DNA of 64,000 nucleotides from an uncultured Solirubrobacterales bacterium (GTDB taxonomy: Bacteria; Actinomycetota; Thermoleophilia; Solirubrobacterales; 70-9), in contig CAWDSZ010000001.1 of assembly GCA_963805075.1 (NCBI GenBank), positions 72,862 through 136,861 on the forward strand. Direction: 5' to 3'. Below the pieces are notes generated by a model. The model was given only the letters and a program-made list of their open reading frames with translations. It was not told the DNA's origin and did not search any database. Shown piece by piece: positions 24,145 through 33,699 of the stretch (position 1 is the stretch's first letter; the number at the start of each line of letters is the position of its first letter). The translations under genes were made by a program, and so were the position numbers.

Positions 24145-24246
24145 TGGCAGGACCGCACCCGCGAGCGGCTGGCGAAGCTGAAGGAGTCAGGGGCGCAGAG
24201 CGAGCAGGAGTTCGAGCGCGAGAAGGCCCGGATCCTGGGCCAGTGA
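24145..24246 (+). other. Orphan SHOCT-like coding remnant (no canonical start codon)
   Basis: The frame ending at TGA 24244-24246 reads WQDRTRERLAKLKESGAQSEQEFEREKARILGQ, like the SHOCT short C-terminal domain. No in-frame ATG, GTG or TTG lies after the preceding stop. Confidence 0.3.
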
Positions 24247-24308
24247 CGTAGTCGCGTCGCTACCCGCAGGGTTCGGGCGATCCGGCAGGACCGACGTCGC
24301 GACCCACT

Positions 24309-25091
24309 TCAGTCGCCGGGTGCCGCCGCCTCGGCTACGGCGCTCAAGTCCTCGATCGTCGCGCTCGCCAGCGCCCTGACCACCACCGTGTCCAGGGCGC
24401 GGTAGCGGGCCAGCTCGGCCTGGGCCTCCCCGGCGTCCTCGGCGGCGACGCCGACGGTGCCGTCGGGCTCGCTCAGGCGGTCGAAGTGGTCCCGGTATCC
24501 CTTGTGCAGGTCGCGGTAGAAGGCCTCCTCCTCGGCGAGGCGCTGTTCGGCGTCCGTCCCGACCGCGGTGCGGACGTAGCCCATCACCGGCGGGGGCTCG
24601 CGGCCGGCCTCGGCCGCGCCGGCCTCGACGTTCTTTCGCGCCCCCTCGGCGTATTCGGGAGTCATCCAGTTGAAGAAGACGCCGTCCCATTCCGCCCCGG
24701 CGAAGGCGCACATCTTCGGTCCCATCGCCGCCAAGACCAGCCGCACCCCGGGCAGCTTCTGGCGCAGGGTGGGCAGCGCCTCCCGCATCGTCGTCAGCGG
24801 CTTCTTGGTGAAGCCGGCGCCGACTCCAAGCCAGAGCCGCTCGCGATCGAGTCCGGTTCGCTCCAGGTGGGAGGCGATCGCGTCAGGATCGTGGCGGTCC
24901 AGGGCGATCACCCCGACGCCGAGCTCGATCCGGTCGGCGCCGCGCGCGTATTCCGCCAGCGTGTCGAGGCCCTTGGCCCCGGGATGGTCGTTGGACCACA
25001 TGGACGCGTAGCCGAGCTCCTGGCAGCGGGCGGCCAGCGGCGAGGCGATCTCGGGGTCGAGCCCGGCGGCGACGCCGAATGCCCGGCTCAT
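24309..25091 (-). CDS. Luciferase-like (LLM class) oxidoreductase, possibly F420-dependent
   Basis: ORF 24309..25115. The ATG at 25091 overlaps the upstream stop (ATGA). Supporting segments are ..ELGYASMWSNDH.., ..LGVGVIALD.. and ..LWLGVGAGF... Confidence 0.65.
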   Translation of the reverse strand: MSRAFGVAAGLDPEIASPLAARCQELGYASMWSNDHPGAKGLDTLAEYARGADRIELGVGVIALDRHDPDAIASHLERTGLDRERLWLGVGAGFTKKPLTTMREALPTLRQKLPGVRLVLAAMGPKMCAFAGAEWDGVFFNWMTPEYAEGARKNVEAGAAEAGREPPPVMGYVRTAVGTDAEQRLAEEEAFYRDLHKGYRDHFDRLSEPDGTVGVAAEDAGEAQAELARYRALDTVVVRALASATIEDLSAVAEAAAPGD

Positions 25092-26428
25092 GCTCGCTCC
25101 AAGAGCGCCACGCACTCGATGTGCGGGGTCTGGGGGAACATGTCGACGGGCTGCACGCGGCGCAGCCTATAGCCGGCCTCCTCCAGCTGGGCGGCGTTGG
25201 GGGCGAGGGTGGTGGGGTTGCAGGAGACGTAGACGATGCGCGGGGCCTCGCACTCGATCAGGCGGCGGACGATCTTCTTCGAGAGGCCGGCCCGGGGCGG
25301 GTCGACGACGACCAGGTCGGGGTTGCCCGCCTCCTCGACCAGCGGGCGGATCGTGGTGCGGGCGTCGCCGGCGCGGAAGGTGACGTTCTCGATCCCGTTC
25401 AGCTCAGCGTTGCGCTCGGCGTCGTCGATCGCCTCGGGCACCACCTCGACGCCCCACGCCTCACCGGCCTCGCGCGCCATCACCAGGGAGAGGGTGCCGA
25501 TGCCGCAGAAGAGGTCGAAGACCCGCTCGGACCCTGTCAAGCCGGCGGCCTCGAGCGCGTGGCCGTAGAGGCGCTCGGCCATCTCGGTGTTGGTCTGGAA
25601 GAAGGCGCTGGGCGAGATCCGGAAGCGGAGGCCGCTCAGCTCCTCCTCCAGGTACTCCTCGCCGAGGGCGCCGGTGGGCCCGTCGGTGCCGCCCGCCTCG
25701 TCCTCGACGATGGTGTGGAGGTCCACCGGAGGGCGCGGGATCTCGGCGGCGGAGGTGACCAGCCGGGTCTGCAGCTGGCCCGTCCGCCGCCCCTCGCGGA
25801 TGACGAGGTTGCGGAGCACTCCGTCGCCGGAGCGGCGGTCGAAGGCCGGCACCCCAGACGCCCGCGCCCAGGCGCGGATCTCGTTGCGGCGAGCGTTGTT
25901 CGCCTCGGAGGCCAGTAGGCAGTCCTCCGCGTCGACGATCTCGTCCCAGCGGCCGCGGGCGTGGAAGCCCAGGACCAACTCTCCCTCGCGCTCGCCGAAC
26001 GAGTACTCGAGCTTGTTGCGGTAGCGCCAGCGCTCCACGGCCGGTTCGATCGGCGCCAGCTCGAAGCCCTCCAGCCCGCCGAGGCGGCGCAGGGCGTCGT
26101 CGACCTGCTGCTGCTTGATGCGCAGTTGCTGCTCGTACGCGAGGCCCTGCCAAGGGGCGCCGGGGCACGGTTCGCCCCCGTGGTCGCAGCGGTCGGGGAC
26201 ACGGTCCGGACTGGGCGCCAGCAGCTCGACCGTGCGCGCCTCCGCGTAGCGGCGCTTGCTCTTCGTCACCTGGGCGCGGACGCGGTCCCCGGGCAGCGCC
26301 CCGGCGACGAAGACCACGTAGCCGTCGCGGCGCGCGACGCCCTTGCCGCCGAACGCGAGCGACTCAACGTCGAGGTCCAGCTGCTCGCTGACCCGCGGGC
26401 GCGCGGGCTTCTGCTGTGTCTCCGCCAT
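25088..26428 (-). CDS. TrmA/RumA-family RNA (uracil-C5)-methyltransferase with TRAM domain
   Basis: TRAM-like N-terminus (..GKGVARRDGYVVFVAGALPGDRV..). It has ..FFQTNT.., DLFCGIGTLSL (SAM motif) and ..VDPPRAGL.. and ..IVYVSCNPTTLA... Confidence 0.85.
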   Translation of the reverse strand: MAETQQKPARPRVSEQLDLDVESLAFGGKGVARRDGYVVFVAGALPGDRVRAQVTKSKRRYAEARTVELLAPSPDRVPDRCDHGGEPCPGAPWQGLAYEQQLRIKQQQVDDALRRLGGLEGFELAPIEPAVERWRYRNKLEYSFGEREGELVLGFHARGRWDEIVDAEDCLLASEANNARRNEIRAWARASGVPAFDRRSGDGVLRNLVIREGRRTGQLQTRLVTSAAEIPRPPVDLHTIVEDEAGGTDGPTGALGEEYLEEELSGLRFRISPSAFFQTNTEMAERLYGHALEAAGLTGSERVFDLFCGIGTLSLVMAREAGEAWGVEVVPEAIDDAERNAELNGIENVTFRAGDARTTIRPLVEEAGNPDLVVVDPPRAGLSKKIVRRLIECEAPRIVYVSCNPTTLAPNAAQLEEAGYRLRRVQPVDMFPQTPHIECVALLERA

Positions 26429-26491
26429 GCGCCCAGGCTATATAGGCTGATTCCGCAAATTGCGCGAAACTGAACGAGTAGGAGGTATGCG

Positions 26492-26821
26492 GTGGAATCG
26501 AGCGGAAGCGGCGGAGACAGCGGTATCAGGGACAACCTTCAGAAGGCGCTGGACGATCTGCGCGCGGCGGGTGAGAAGGCCACGGGCGACGTCCGCTCCA
26601 ACATCGACTCGGCGGTGGCGCGCGTGCGGGACGCCTCCAGTGAGGCGACCAAGACCGCTCAGGATCAGGTCTCGAACTGGCGCAGCACGCTTGAGGACGC
26701 GACCGAGGACGTGCGCAAGGAGCTCGCGAAGCTCGCGGTGCGGGCGCAGACCTCGGCCGAGTCGCTGGACGAGCTCGGCAAGGAGATCGACGAGCGCCGC
26801 AAGAGCCTCGGCAAGAGCTAG
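26492..26821 (+). CDS. Hypothetical all-helical small protein
   Basis: The GTG at 26492 is 7 nt after AGGAGG. The 109-aa protein has charged helical-repeat composition. I recognised no family. Confidence 0.5.
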   Translation: MESSGSGGDSGIRDNLQKALDDLRAAGEKATGDVRSNIDSAVARVRDASSEATKTAQDQVSNWRSTLEDATEDVRKELAKLAVRAQTSAESLDELGKEIDERRKSLGKS

Positions 26822-27456
26822 CGGCTGAGCTTGCGGTCCACGGCGCGGAGCACGCCCTTGCGCGCCTTGTGCGTCCGCTCGTAGTCGCGCACCTTGCGCA
26901 GCTCGTCTCGCGACAGCTCCGCCAGGCGGCTGTCCACCTGGCGGATCGAGAGCTGGTCATAGGCGCTGATCGGGAACCCGGGGACGCGCGCCTTGCGGCG
27001 GGCGCGGTCGGCGGTGGCGAGGGGGCGGTCGACCGCGCCGACGGCGCGCTTGCGGGCGTCCTCCGCACGGGAGCCGACCTCCTGGCGGGCGCGGTCCGTG
27101 GCGTCACCCAGCTCGCGCTTGGCGCGCCCCGCGGTGCGCTTGGCGGTGCGGCGCTGCTGTGAGGTCCGCTCCGAAACCTCGTCGCGGAGCTGGGCCACCA
27201 CCCGCTCGAGCTCGCCGAGGATGTCGTCGGCCTGCTCGCGGCTGCGCGTGACGAGGCGGTTGACCAGCTCCTCGGCGTCGCCTCGGGTCATGCGGCCGCG
27301 GCGGACCGCGTCGTCGACGACGTCCTGGAGCCGCTCGCGAGGGATCGTGACCGTGGCCTCCAGGGCCTTGCGGAAGGCCTGAACGCTCTCCTCCGCGCGG
27401 GTTGAGCCCTGACCGGCGTCCGCTGCCTGGCTCGGCGCTGTCGGCTGCTTAGCCAT
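26818..27456 (-). CDS. Phasin-like / coiled-coil protein with conserved C-terminal helix motif
   Basis: ORF 26818..27750 with ATG at 27456 (MAKQPT..). It contains ..MTRGDAEELVNRLV.. (phasin PF05597-like) and C-terminal ..ISAYDQLSIRQVDSRLAELSRDELRKVRDYE... Confidence 0.5.
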   Translation of the reverse strand: MAKQPTAPSQAADAGQGSTRAEESVQAFRKALEATVTIPRERLQDVVDDAVRRGRMTRGDAEELVNRLVTRSREQADDILGELERVVAQLRDEVSERTSQQRRTAKRTAGRAKRELGDATDRARQEVGSRAEDARKRAVGAVDRPLATADRARRKARVPGFPISAYDQLSIRQVDSRLAELSRDELRKVRDYERTHKARKGVLRAVDRKLSR

Positions 27457-27470
27457 CGGACCGGGCCAGT

Positions 27471-28289
27471 CTACCCCTGCCCCTTGGGCGGCCAAACGAG
27501 CTCCAGCTCGACGGGGGCGTGGTCGGAGAGGCGCAGGGCCAGCCCGTCCTCCTCCAGCTCGCGCTCCTCGGGGGGCCAGGCGCGGGGTGGGCCGGCGACC
27601 TCGACGCCGCGGACCAGCAGGTGGTCGATCGAGTCGGGAGCCGTGATCCCGCGGAGGCCGAAGCGGCGCTCGATCTCCTCGTAGACGCCGCTCTTGCCCG
27701 GGCGGACGTTGAAGTCGCCGCCCAGGACCAGTGGCGCGTCGCCGGCCCACTCAGTCGCCTTCTCGGCCGCCAGCAGCAGCTCGGGCTCGGCGCGCGGCGG
27801 GTGCGTGCTGGCGTGGAGGCTGGTGACGCACAGCCCCGATCCCAGGCGCGCGAAGGCCATCGTGCGCCGCTCGGGGTGGCGCTGCTGGATCACCAGCTCC
27901 CGGCGCTCGGCGATGCCTCCGGACGCGCCGCGGGCGAGGATCAGGTTGGAACCGCCCTCCGAGGAGCCGATCAGGTCGGGCCAGCGCCGCGCGATCGCCC
28001 AGCTGAACCTCTCCAGCCAGTTGCGAGAGGTGTAGACGCGGTGGGACTCGGCGCCGCACTCGCGGCTGAAGCCGGGCTCCCAGCGGGGAGGGCACTCCTG
28101 CAGCAGCGCCACGTCCCAGCCTGCTCCGCAGAGCATGTCGGTGTACTCGCGCCAGAGGTCGCGGTTGACCTGCACGTGGGTCGCGTTGCGCTCGGTGCGC
28201 CGCGTCCATTCAGCGCAGCGGGTGTAGAGGGCCTTGTCGGGAGGGCCGTCGCGGCCGTGAAAGATGTTCCAGGTGAGGATCTTGATGAC
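27471..28289 (-). CDS. Endonuclease/exonuclease/phosphatase (EEP) family protein; start unresolved
   Basis: ORF 27471..28175 carries GGDFNV and SDHAPV. The conserved N-terminus VIKILTWNIFHG continues in frame up to 28289, but there is no canonical start codon between the upstream stop and the GTG at 28175. Confidence 0.65.
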   Translation of the reverse strand, partial: VIKILTWNIFHGRDGPPDKALYTRCAEWTRRTERNATHVQVNRDLWREYTDMLCGAGWDVALLQECPPRWEPGFSRECGAESHRVYTSRNWLERFSWAIARRWPDLIGSSEGGSNLILARGASGGIAERRELVIQQRHPERRTMAFARLGSGLCVTSLHASTHPPRAEPELLLAAEKATEWAGDAPLVLGGDFNVRPGKSGVYEEIERRFGLRGITAPDSIDHLLVRGVEVAGPPRAWPPEERELEEDGLALRLSDHAPVELELVWPPKGQG

Positions 28290-28304
28290 CGTAGTATCGG
28301 CGGC

Positions 28305-29219
28305 TTGACTCCACCGCCGCCCTCAGACGCCGCGCCGCGCTCTTTCCTGACCGGGGAGGAGCTGTCCCGAGAGGAGCTGCTCGGCCTGATCGACCGCGCG
28401 TCCGAGCTCAAGGGCGGGCGGGCCGAGGGGGAGGGGGAGGCCTCGCTCGCCGGCCGCTCGGTGGCGCTGATCTTCGAGCGGCCCTCGACGCGGACGCGGA
28501 TCTCGTTCGAGGTCGGGGTGGCCGAGCTGGGCGGGACGCCGCTGGTGCTGCGCGGCGAGGAGATGCAGCTGACCCGCGGGGAGTCGGTCGCCGACACGGG
28601 AAGGGTGATGTCGCGCTACCTGCACGCGATCGTGATCCGCTCGAGCTCGGACGGGCGGGTGGCCGAGCTGGCGGAATCGGCGAGCGTGCCCGTCGTCAAC
28701 GCGCTGACGCCGCTCCACCACCCCTGCCAGGCGCTGGCCGACCTGCAGACGCTGCACGACCGCTTCGGCGAGCTGGAGGGATTGAAGCTCGCCTACGTGG
28801 GCGATGGCAACAACTGCGCCCGCTCCCTCGCGATCCTCGGGCGCACCGCCGGCGTCGAGCTCGTGGTCGCGAGCCCCGAGGGCTACCGGATCGAGCCGGA
28901 GCTGGCGGAGCTGACGGACGACCCCAGGGTCGCGGCGGAGGGGGCCGACGCGCTCTACACCGACGTCTGGGTGAGCATGAGCGACGAGGGGGAGGACGCC
29001 GAGCGTCGCCGCGCCGACCTCGCCCCCTACCAGCTGAACGCGGATCTGCTCGCCCTCGCATCGGACCGCGCCATCGCCATGCACTGCCTGCCCGCCCACC
29101 CCGGCGAGGAGATCACGAAGGGCGTCCTCTACGGCGAGCGTTCGGCTGTCTGGGACCAGGCGGAGAACCGCCTGCACGCGCAGAAGGCGCTGCTGGAGCT
29201 CCTGCTCCCGTCGAGCTAG
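28305..29219 (+). CDS. argF: Ornithine carbamoyltransferase
   Basis: The motifs FERPSTRTRISFE (STRTR), HPCQALADL and HCLPAH are present. TTG 28305 is the first plausible start in frame. Confidence 0.9.
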   Translation: MTPPPPSDAAPRSFLTGEELSREELLGLIDRASELKGGRAEGEGEASLAGRSVALIFERPSTRTRISFEVGVAELGGTPLVLRGEEMQLTRGESVADTGRVMSRYLHAIVIRSSSDGRVAELAESASVPVVNALTPLHHPCQALADLQTLHDRFGELEGLKLAYVGDGNNCARSLAILGRTAGVELVVASPEGYRIEPELAELTDDPRVAAEGADALYTDVWVSMSDEGEDAERRRADLAPYQLNADLLALASDRAIAMHCLPAHPGEEITKGVLYGERSAVWDQAENRLHAQKALLELLLPSS

Positions 29220-29455
29220 GCCTGGACCGGGGTAGTTGCTCGAGACCATCGCGTCCTCGTTGAAGCGGTGGATCAGGTCGTAGGCACCGTGGGCCGCGAT
29301 GAGATTGGTCCGCATCGCCTGCACGCCTTCGGCGGTCAGCGGGTCGGTCAGCGGGTAGTTGCCCTGCTCGATGTACTCGAAACCAGGGAGGAGGGACCCT
29401 GCATTGCGCGACGCCGCTAGATGAGATTCCGAGCCCGGCCGCGAAACTAGGCCGC

Positions 29456-30512
29456 GTGGACGCAAACGAGCACGTTGCCGAGGACCTGCCCGCCGAGTTT
29501 CAGTCGCCGACGCTGCGGCGCCGCGCCCTCGAGGCACTCGTGGCCCTCGGGGTCCTTGCCGCGATCGCCCTGCTCGCGCCCGGCCTGGGATCCGTCCGCG
29601 ACGAGCTCGCCAACGCGGACCCCGAGTGGCTGGCGCTTGCCGTGCTGTTGGAGGGCCTTCCTTCGGCTCGTATGTGCTCATGTTCGGGCCCATCTTCTGC
29701 ACAGGGCTGCCGTGGCGCCGCAGCTGGCAGATCGGCGGCTCGGAGCTGGCGATGGGCTCGCTCGTACCCGCGAGCGGCATCGGCGGACTCGCGCTCGGCG
29801 CGTGGATCCTGAATCGCGGGGGCATGGCCGGCGGGCAGATCGCCCGCCGCTCGGTCGCGTTCTTCCTGATCAAGAGCGGCGTCAACTTCGTCGTCGTCGT
29901 CGTGCTCGGGGCCGCGATGGCCCTCGGCCTGGGCCCCGACCTCTCGCTCTGGCTGACCGCGTTTCCGGCGGCGGCGGCGGCGCTTGCGATCCTCGCGGTC
30001 GCGCTGATCTCGCGTCTTGGGCCCGGCGCTCCGGTCGACCCAGAGGCTCAGCGCTTCGAGCGCGCCCTCAGCGCCGTGCGTCGGGAGGTTACGCGGGGAT
30101 CGAGCGAGGCGTTCGCGATCGTGCGGTCGGGCAACTGGCGCGTGTTGGCCGGGTCGGTCGGCTATTGGGCGTTCGACAACGCGGTGCTGTGGGCGACCTT
30201 CAAGTCCTTCGGCCTCTCGGTGCCGCTGACCGTGGTCCTGATGGGCTATCTGATCGGCCAGCTGGGTGGGTTGCTGCCGATCCCCGGTGGGGTCGGTGGC
30301 ATCGATGGGGGGAGGGCGGGCTGATCGGAACCCTGGTCGTCTACGGAGCCCCGGCCGCCGGAACGGTCGCGGCGGTACTCGCCTACAGGGTGATCCTGTT
30401 CTGGCTTCCCCTGATCGTCGGCGGGATCGCGTTCGCGATGCTGCGACGCGACATGCCGCGGCCCGGTGAGCTGGCTGCGTGCGCGCCGGCGATCGCCGCT
30501 CAGAGCGCCTGA
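29456..30512 (+). CDS. Lysylphosphatidylglycerol-synthase-TM-region (UPF0104) family membrane protein (two frame changes)
   Basis: It is pieced from ORFs 29456.., 29626..30324 and the tail of 29475..30512 (..LLPIPGGVGGIDGG.., ..AVLAYRVILFWLPLIVGG..). The frame changes are near 29655 and at the G6 run 30307-30312. Confidence 0.55.
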
Positions 30513-30669
30513 CTGCCGAGCGGAGGCGGGGCGGCGTGCCGTGTTCCGCTCGCATGGCCCGCGCGACCCCCTCCTCGATCGGTTTCGTCATCTCGGTGAT
30601 CCCCAACAGACCATGGTTCGATCCTCGGGGACAAGGTGTGACGAAATGCGCTACCTAAGATGCGACTTA

Positions 30670-30741
30670 GGCCCCGTGGTGTAACGGCTAGCACGCGAGA
30701 TTTTCATTCTCGTAGCGCGGGTTCGACTCCCGCCGGGGCTA
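30670..30741 (+). tRNA. tRNA-Glu (anticodon UUC)
   Basis: A cloverleaf can be folded by hand: acceptor GGCCCCG/CGGGGCU (G1-U72 wobble), anticodon stem CGAGA/TCTCG with loop TTTTCAT, and T arm GCGGG-TTCGACT-CCCGC. CCA is not encoded. Confidence 0.9.
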
Positions 30742-30910
30742 CTTCTTGGGTTTGTCGGGCTTGTCCCGGTTCGCCAATGTCTGGCGGCATCGTCGAGCGT
30801 CCCGGGCGATGGCGCGCGCTCGGGCGGTGTAGCCGCTGACGTTGACGGCGCGAGCACAAGGTCGCCCATGGACGCAAAGCTAAGGGGCCGCTCGGTTAGC
30901 CTGCTGCGTC

Positions 30911-31666
30911 GTGCAGCCCGAGATCGAGATCGGCCCGCTCACCCTGCAGACCTTCGGCCTCTGCTTCGCCCTCGCATTCCTGGCGGCCGGCGCAGTGATC
31001 GGGGTGCGCCTGCGGGAGCTCGGCAAGCCCGTGGACTGGGCCTACGAGATGGGCTTCGCCGCCCTTGTGGGTGGCCTGATCGGCGCCCGCCTCGACTGGA
31101 TCATCCAGAACTGGGACGAGGCATCCGACGACCTGCTCGGGAACGTCTTCTCGGGCTCAGGCCTGATCTGGTTCGGCGGCCTGGTCGGCGGCGCCATCGG
31201 CGTCTTCCTCTGGGCCCGCTGGCGCGGCTTCCTGGGAACGGCGCTGCTCGACGTCGCCGCCCCGGCACTGGCGCTGGGCTACGCCGTCGGGCGCATCGGC
31301 TGCCAGCTCTCCGGCGACGGCGACTACGGCCAGGCGTGGGACGGCCCCTGGGCGATGTCCTACCCCGACGGGACCGTCCCGACCACCGAGGAGGTGCACC
31401 CGACGCCCGTCTACGAGACGCTGGCGATGGGCGGCGTCGCCTACGCCCTGTGGCGATTGCGCAACCGGCTCACGGGCGGCCTGCTGTTCGCCCTCTATCT
31501 GGTCCTGGCCGGGCTCGAGCGCTTCCTTGTCGAGTTCATCCGCCGCAACGAGGACGTCGCGATCGGGCTCACCCAGGCGCAGCTGATCAGCGTCGTGATG
31601 GTCGTCGCCGGGGCCGTCTGGCTCGCGGTCGGCCTGCGGCGGCCCGCCACCCCCGCCACGGCCTAG
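30911..31666 (+). CDS. lgt: Prolipoprotein diacylglyceryl transferase
   Basis: Multi-pass membrane protein with GRIGCQLSGD and HPTPVYE, which resemble the Lgt GRxGN and HPTQLYE motifs. The start is GTG. Confidence 0.7.
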   Translation: MQPEIEIGPLTLQTFGLCFALAFLAAGAVIGVRLRELGKPVDWAYEMGFAALVGGLIGARLDWIIQNWDEASDDLLGNVFSGSGLIWFGGLVGGAIGVFLWARWRGFLGTALLDVAAPALALGYAVGRIGCQLSGDGDYGQAWDGPWAMSYPDGTVPTTEEVHPTPVYETLAMGGVAYALWRLRNRLTGGLLFALYLVLAGLERFLVEFIRRNEDVAIGLTQAQLISVVMVVAGAVWLAVGLRRPATPATA

Positions 31667-31690
31667 CGGCGCCTCAGCGGCTCGGCCCGG

Positions 31691-32443
31691 TCAGTGCGAC
31701 TGCAGGCGCCCGCCGTCCAGCGGGATCACCGTGCCGGTCAGATAGCCCGCCCGTTCCGAGCAGATGAACGCGACCAGGTCCCCGTACTCGTCGGGCGTGC
31801 CCAGCCGCCCCGCGGGAATGCTCTGCTTGGCGGTCTCCTCGGCGGCCTCCAGCGACCCGTACATCGAGGCGAGGCGATCCGTCGCGAACAACCCCGTAGC
31901 GACCGTGTTGACGGTGACCCCATCGGGCGCCACCTCGGTGGCGAGCGTCTTGAACAACCCCACCGTCGCCATCCGATGCGCGTTCGACAGCGCCAGACCC
32001 GGAATCGGCTCGCGGACCGAGGTCGAGGCGACGTTCACGATCCGCCCCCAGCCCCGCTCCCGCATCCCGGGAATCACGGACTCGGCGAGCACCCGCGGCG
32101 CCTGCACCAACGTCGTGTAGGCCGCCTCCCACTGCTTGGCGGCGTGGTCCAGCGCGCCCCCCGCCGGCGGCCCGCCGGTGTTGGTCACCAGGATCTCCAC
32201 CGGTCCCAGCGCCTCGGCCACCTCACCGGGCAGCGCCGCCATCCGGTCGAGGTCCCCGCTGTCGGCCGCAATCGTCACGACTCCCTCCCCGATCTCCCCC
32301 GCGGCCTCATCCAGCGCCTCGGCGGAGCGGGAGGAGATCGCCAGCCGCACCCCCTCGCGGGCCAACGCCCCCGCGATCCCACGTCCGATCCCCCTGCTGG
32401 CGCCCATCACCAGCGCCACGCGACCATCGATCCCGAGGTCCAT
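31691..32443 (-). CDS. SDR-family oxidoreductase (atypical active-site region)
   Basis: The ATG at 32443 overlaps the upstream stop (TGATG). GASRGIGRGIA (TGxxxGxG) and NTGG are present. The usual Y-x3-K region reads LSNAHRMATVGLFK. Confidence 0.7.
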   Translation of the reverse strand: MDLGIDGRVALVMGASRGIGRGIAGALAREGVRLAISSRSAEALDEAAGEIGEGVVTIAADSGDLDRMAALPGEVAEALGPVEILVTNTGGPPAGGALDHAAKQWEAAYTTLVQAPRVLAESVIPGMRERGWGRIVNVASTSVREPIPGLALSNAHRMATVGLFKTLATEVAPDGVTVNTVATGLFATDRLASMYGSLEAAEETAKQSIPAGRLGTPDEYGDLVAFICSERAGYLTGTVIPLDGGRLQSH

Positions 32444-33644
32444 CAGTCCCCGGTCAGCTTGGCCAGGTAGGCGGCGTCGTCGGGCGGCAGGCCCGGGATC
32501 GCTTGGCCGTCCCAGGTGATCCCGTCCGACATCGCCTCGAACAGCCCCTTGCGCTCCTCCAGGCTCATGCGCTCGTGGTGGCAGAAGGCCAGGAACGAGT
32601 ACAGCTGCGGCAGCGTGTCGTGCCAGCCGGCGTCCGTCCCCTTGACCGCGGCCAGGTCGTGGATCGAGCCCGGCGCGTCGCTTCAGCGGCTGGCGGAACA
32701 TCTGCCCCAGGACCGCGAAGTCGAGCTGCTCGGACCGTCCCGGCTCGATCTGGAGCGTCTCGATCGTCGGCGCCAGCAGCCCGCGCTCGAGCTCCTCGGC
32801 CGTCATCAACAGCACCCCGTCGGTCGGCCGCGGGTTGCACTCGATCATCATCAGCCCCTGCTCGGCATCGACGAAGTCGAGCGACATCTGCCCGTCCCAG
32901 GACAGCTCGCTCGCGAGCTTCTCGACACTGGGAAGCGTGTCGGAGGGATCCACCGAGGTGAACTGGATGCCGGTCGAGTGCTCCCACTGCCTCGGCGCCC
33001 GGTAGGACATGTGCGTCGCCACCTCGCCGTCGTGGATGCAGGAGTAGGTGCAGTGCATCGGCCCATCGACGAACTCCTGCACCAGCCACGGGTTCGACTC
33101 CGTCGGGTGCACGTCGTCGGGGCTCAGGGCGCCCGCCAGCGGGCCGGTGTTGGTCATCAGCCCGACGCCGCCGCGCGAAAACGCCGCCCGCCCGAAGTAG
33201 TGGGGGAAGCGCTCGATCGCCGCCTTCAGCTCATCCTGGTCGTGCGCGACGACCGTCTGCGGGGTCCGCAGCCCGAGCTTGTCGCAGAGCTCCTGGAAGG
33301 TCCCCTTGTCGTGGACCTGGGCCAGGGTGCGGAACGGGGGCGCGTAAAGCCGCGTCACCTTCGAGAGCCGCTCGTGCTGGGCAGCCAGGTAGAAGACCTC
33401 CTCGAACATCGGCAGGATCAACTCGATCTCGTTCTCCGACGACATAGCGCTCGACGTCGTCGACGAAGGCGGCGGGGTCGTCCGTCGCCGAAGCGGTCGT
33501 CGTGTGGCCCGCCAGGTACTTGGAGTGGCTGCCTGGCGCCTCCGGATAGCTGTCGCACGAGTAGACCTCGTGCCCGCGCTCGCCGAGCTTCCGGATCACG
33601 TCGAGGGCGAACGGCATCCGCGAGCTGGTGACCAGCAGCTTCAT
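32443..33644 (-). CDS. ATP-grasp enzyme of unknown substrate (two frame changes)
   Basis: MKLLVTSSRMPFALDVIRKLGERGHEVY is in ORF 33231..33644. The core (..DKGTFQELCDKLGLRTP.., ..WLVQEFVDG.., ..MIECNPRP..) is in ORF 31691..33445. The tail is in a third frame. The frame changes are near 33430 and 32682. Confidence 0.65.
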
Positions 33645-33699
33645 TGGCGCGCGACGGTACTACGATCGCTGTTCGGTGGGCGTGCTGGATCAGGCGGAC

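Noticed and set aside
29220-29455. A minus-strand reading ..LPGFEYIEQGNYPLTDPLTAEGVQAMRTNLIAAHGAYDLIHRFNEDAMVSSNYPGPG in the 236-bp gap after argF.
   Set aside because: It looks protein-like. However, it has no convincing start, and the only upstream ATG (29404) is out of frame. It has no in-frame stop before it runs antisense into argF, and I recognised no family. It may be a gene remnant or another indel-broken small gene, so I did not call it.
30614-30623. A T-loop-like GGTTCGATCC string upstream of tRNA-Glu, suggesting a tRNA remnant.
   Set aside because: The flanking bases do not form a T stem or an acceptor stem, so no cloverleaf can be drawn.
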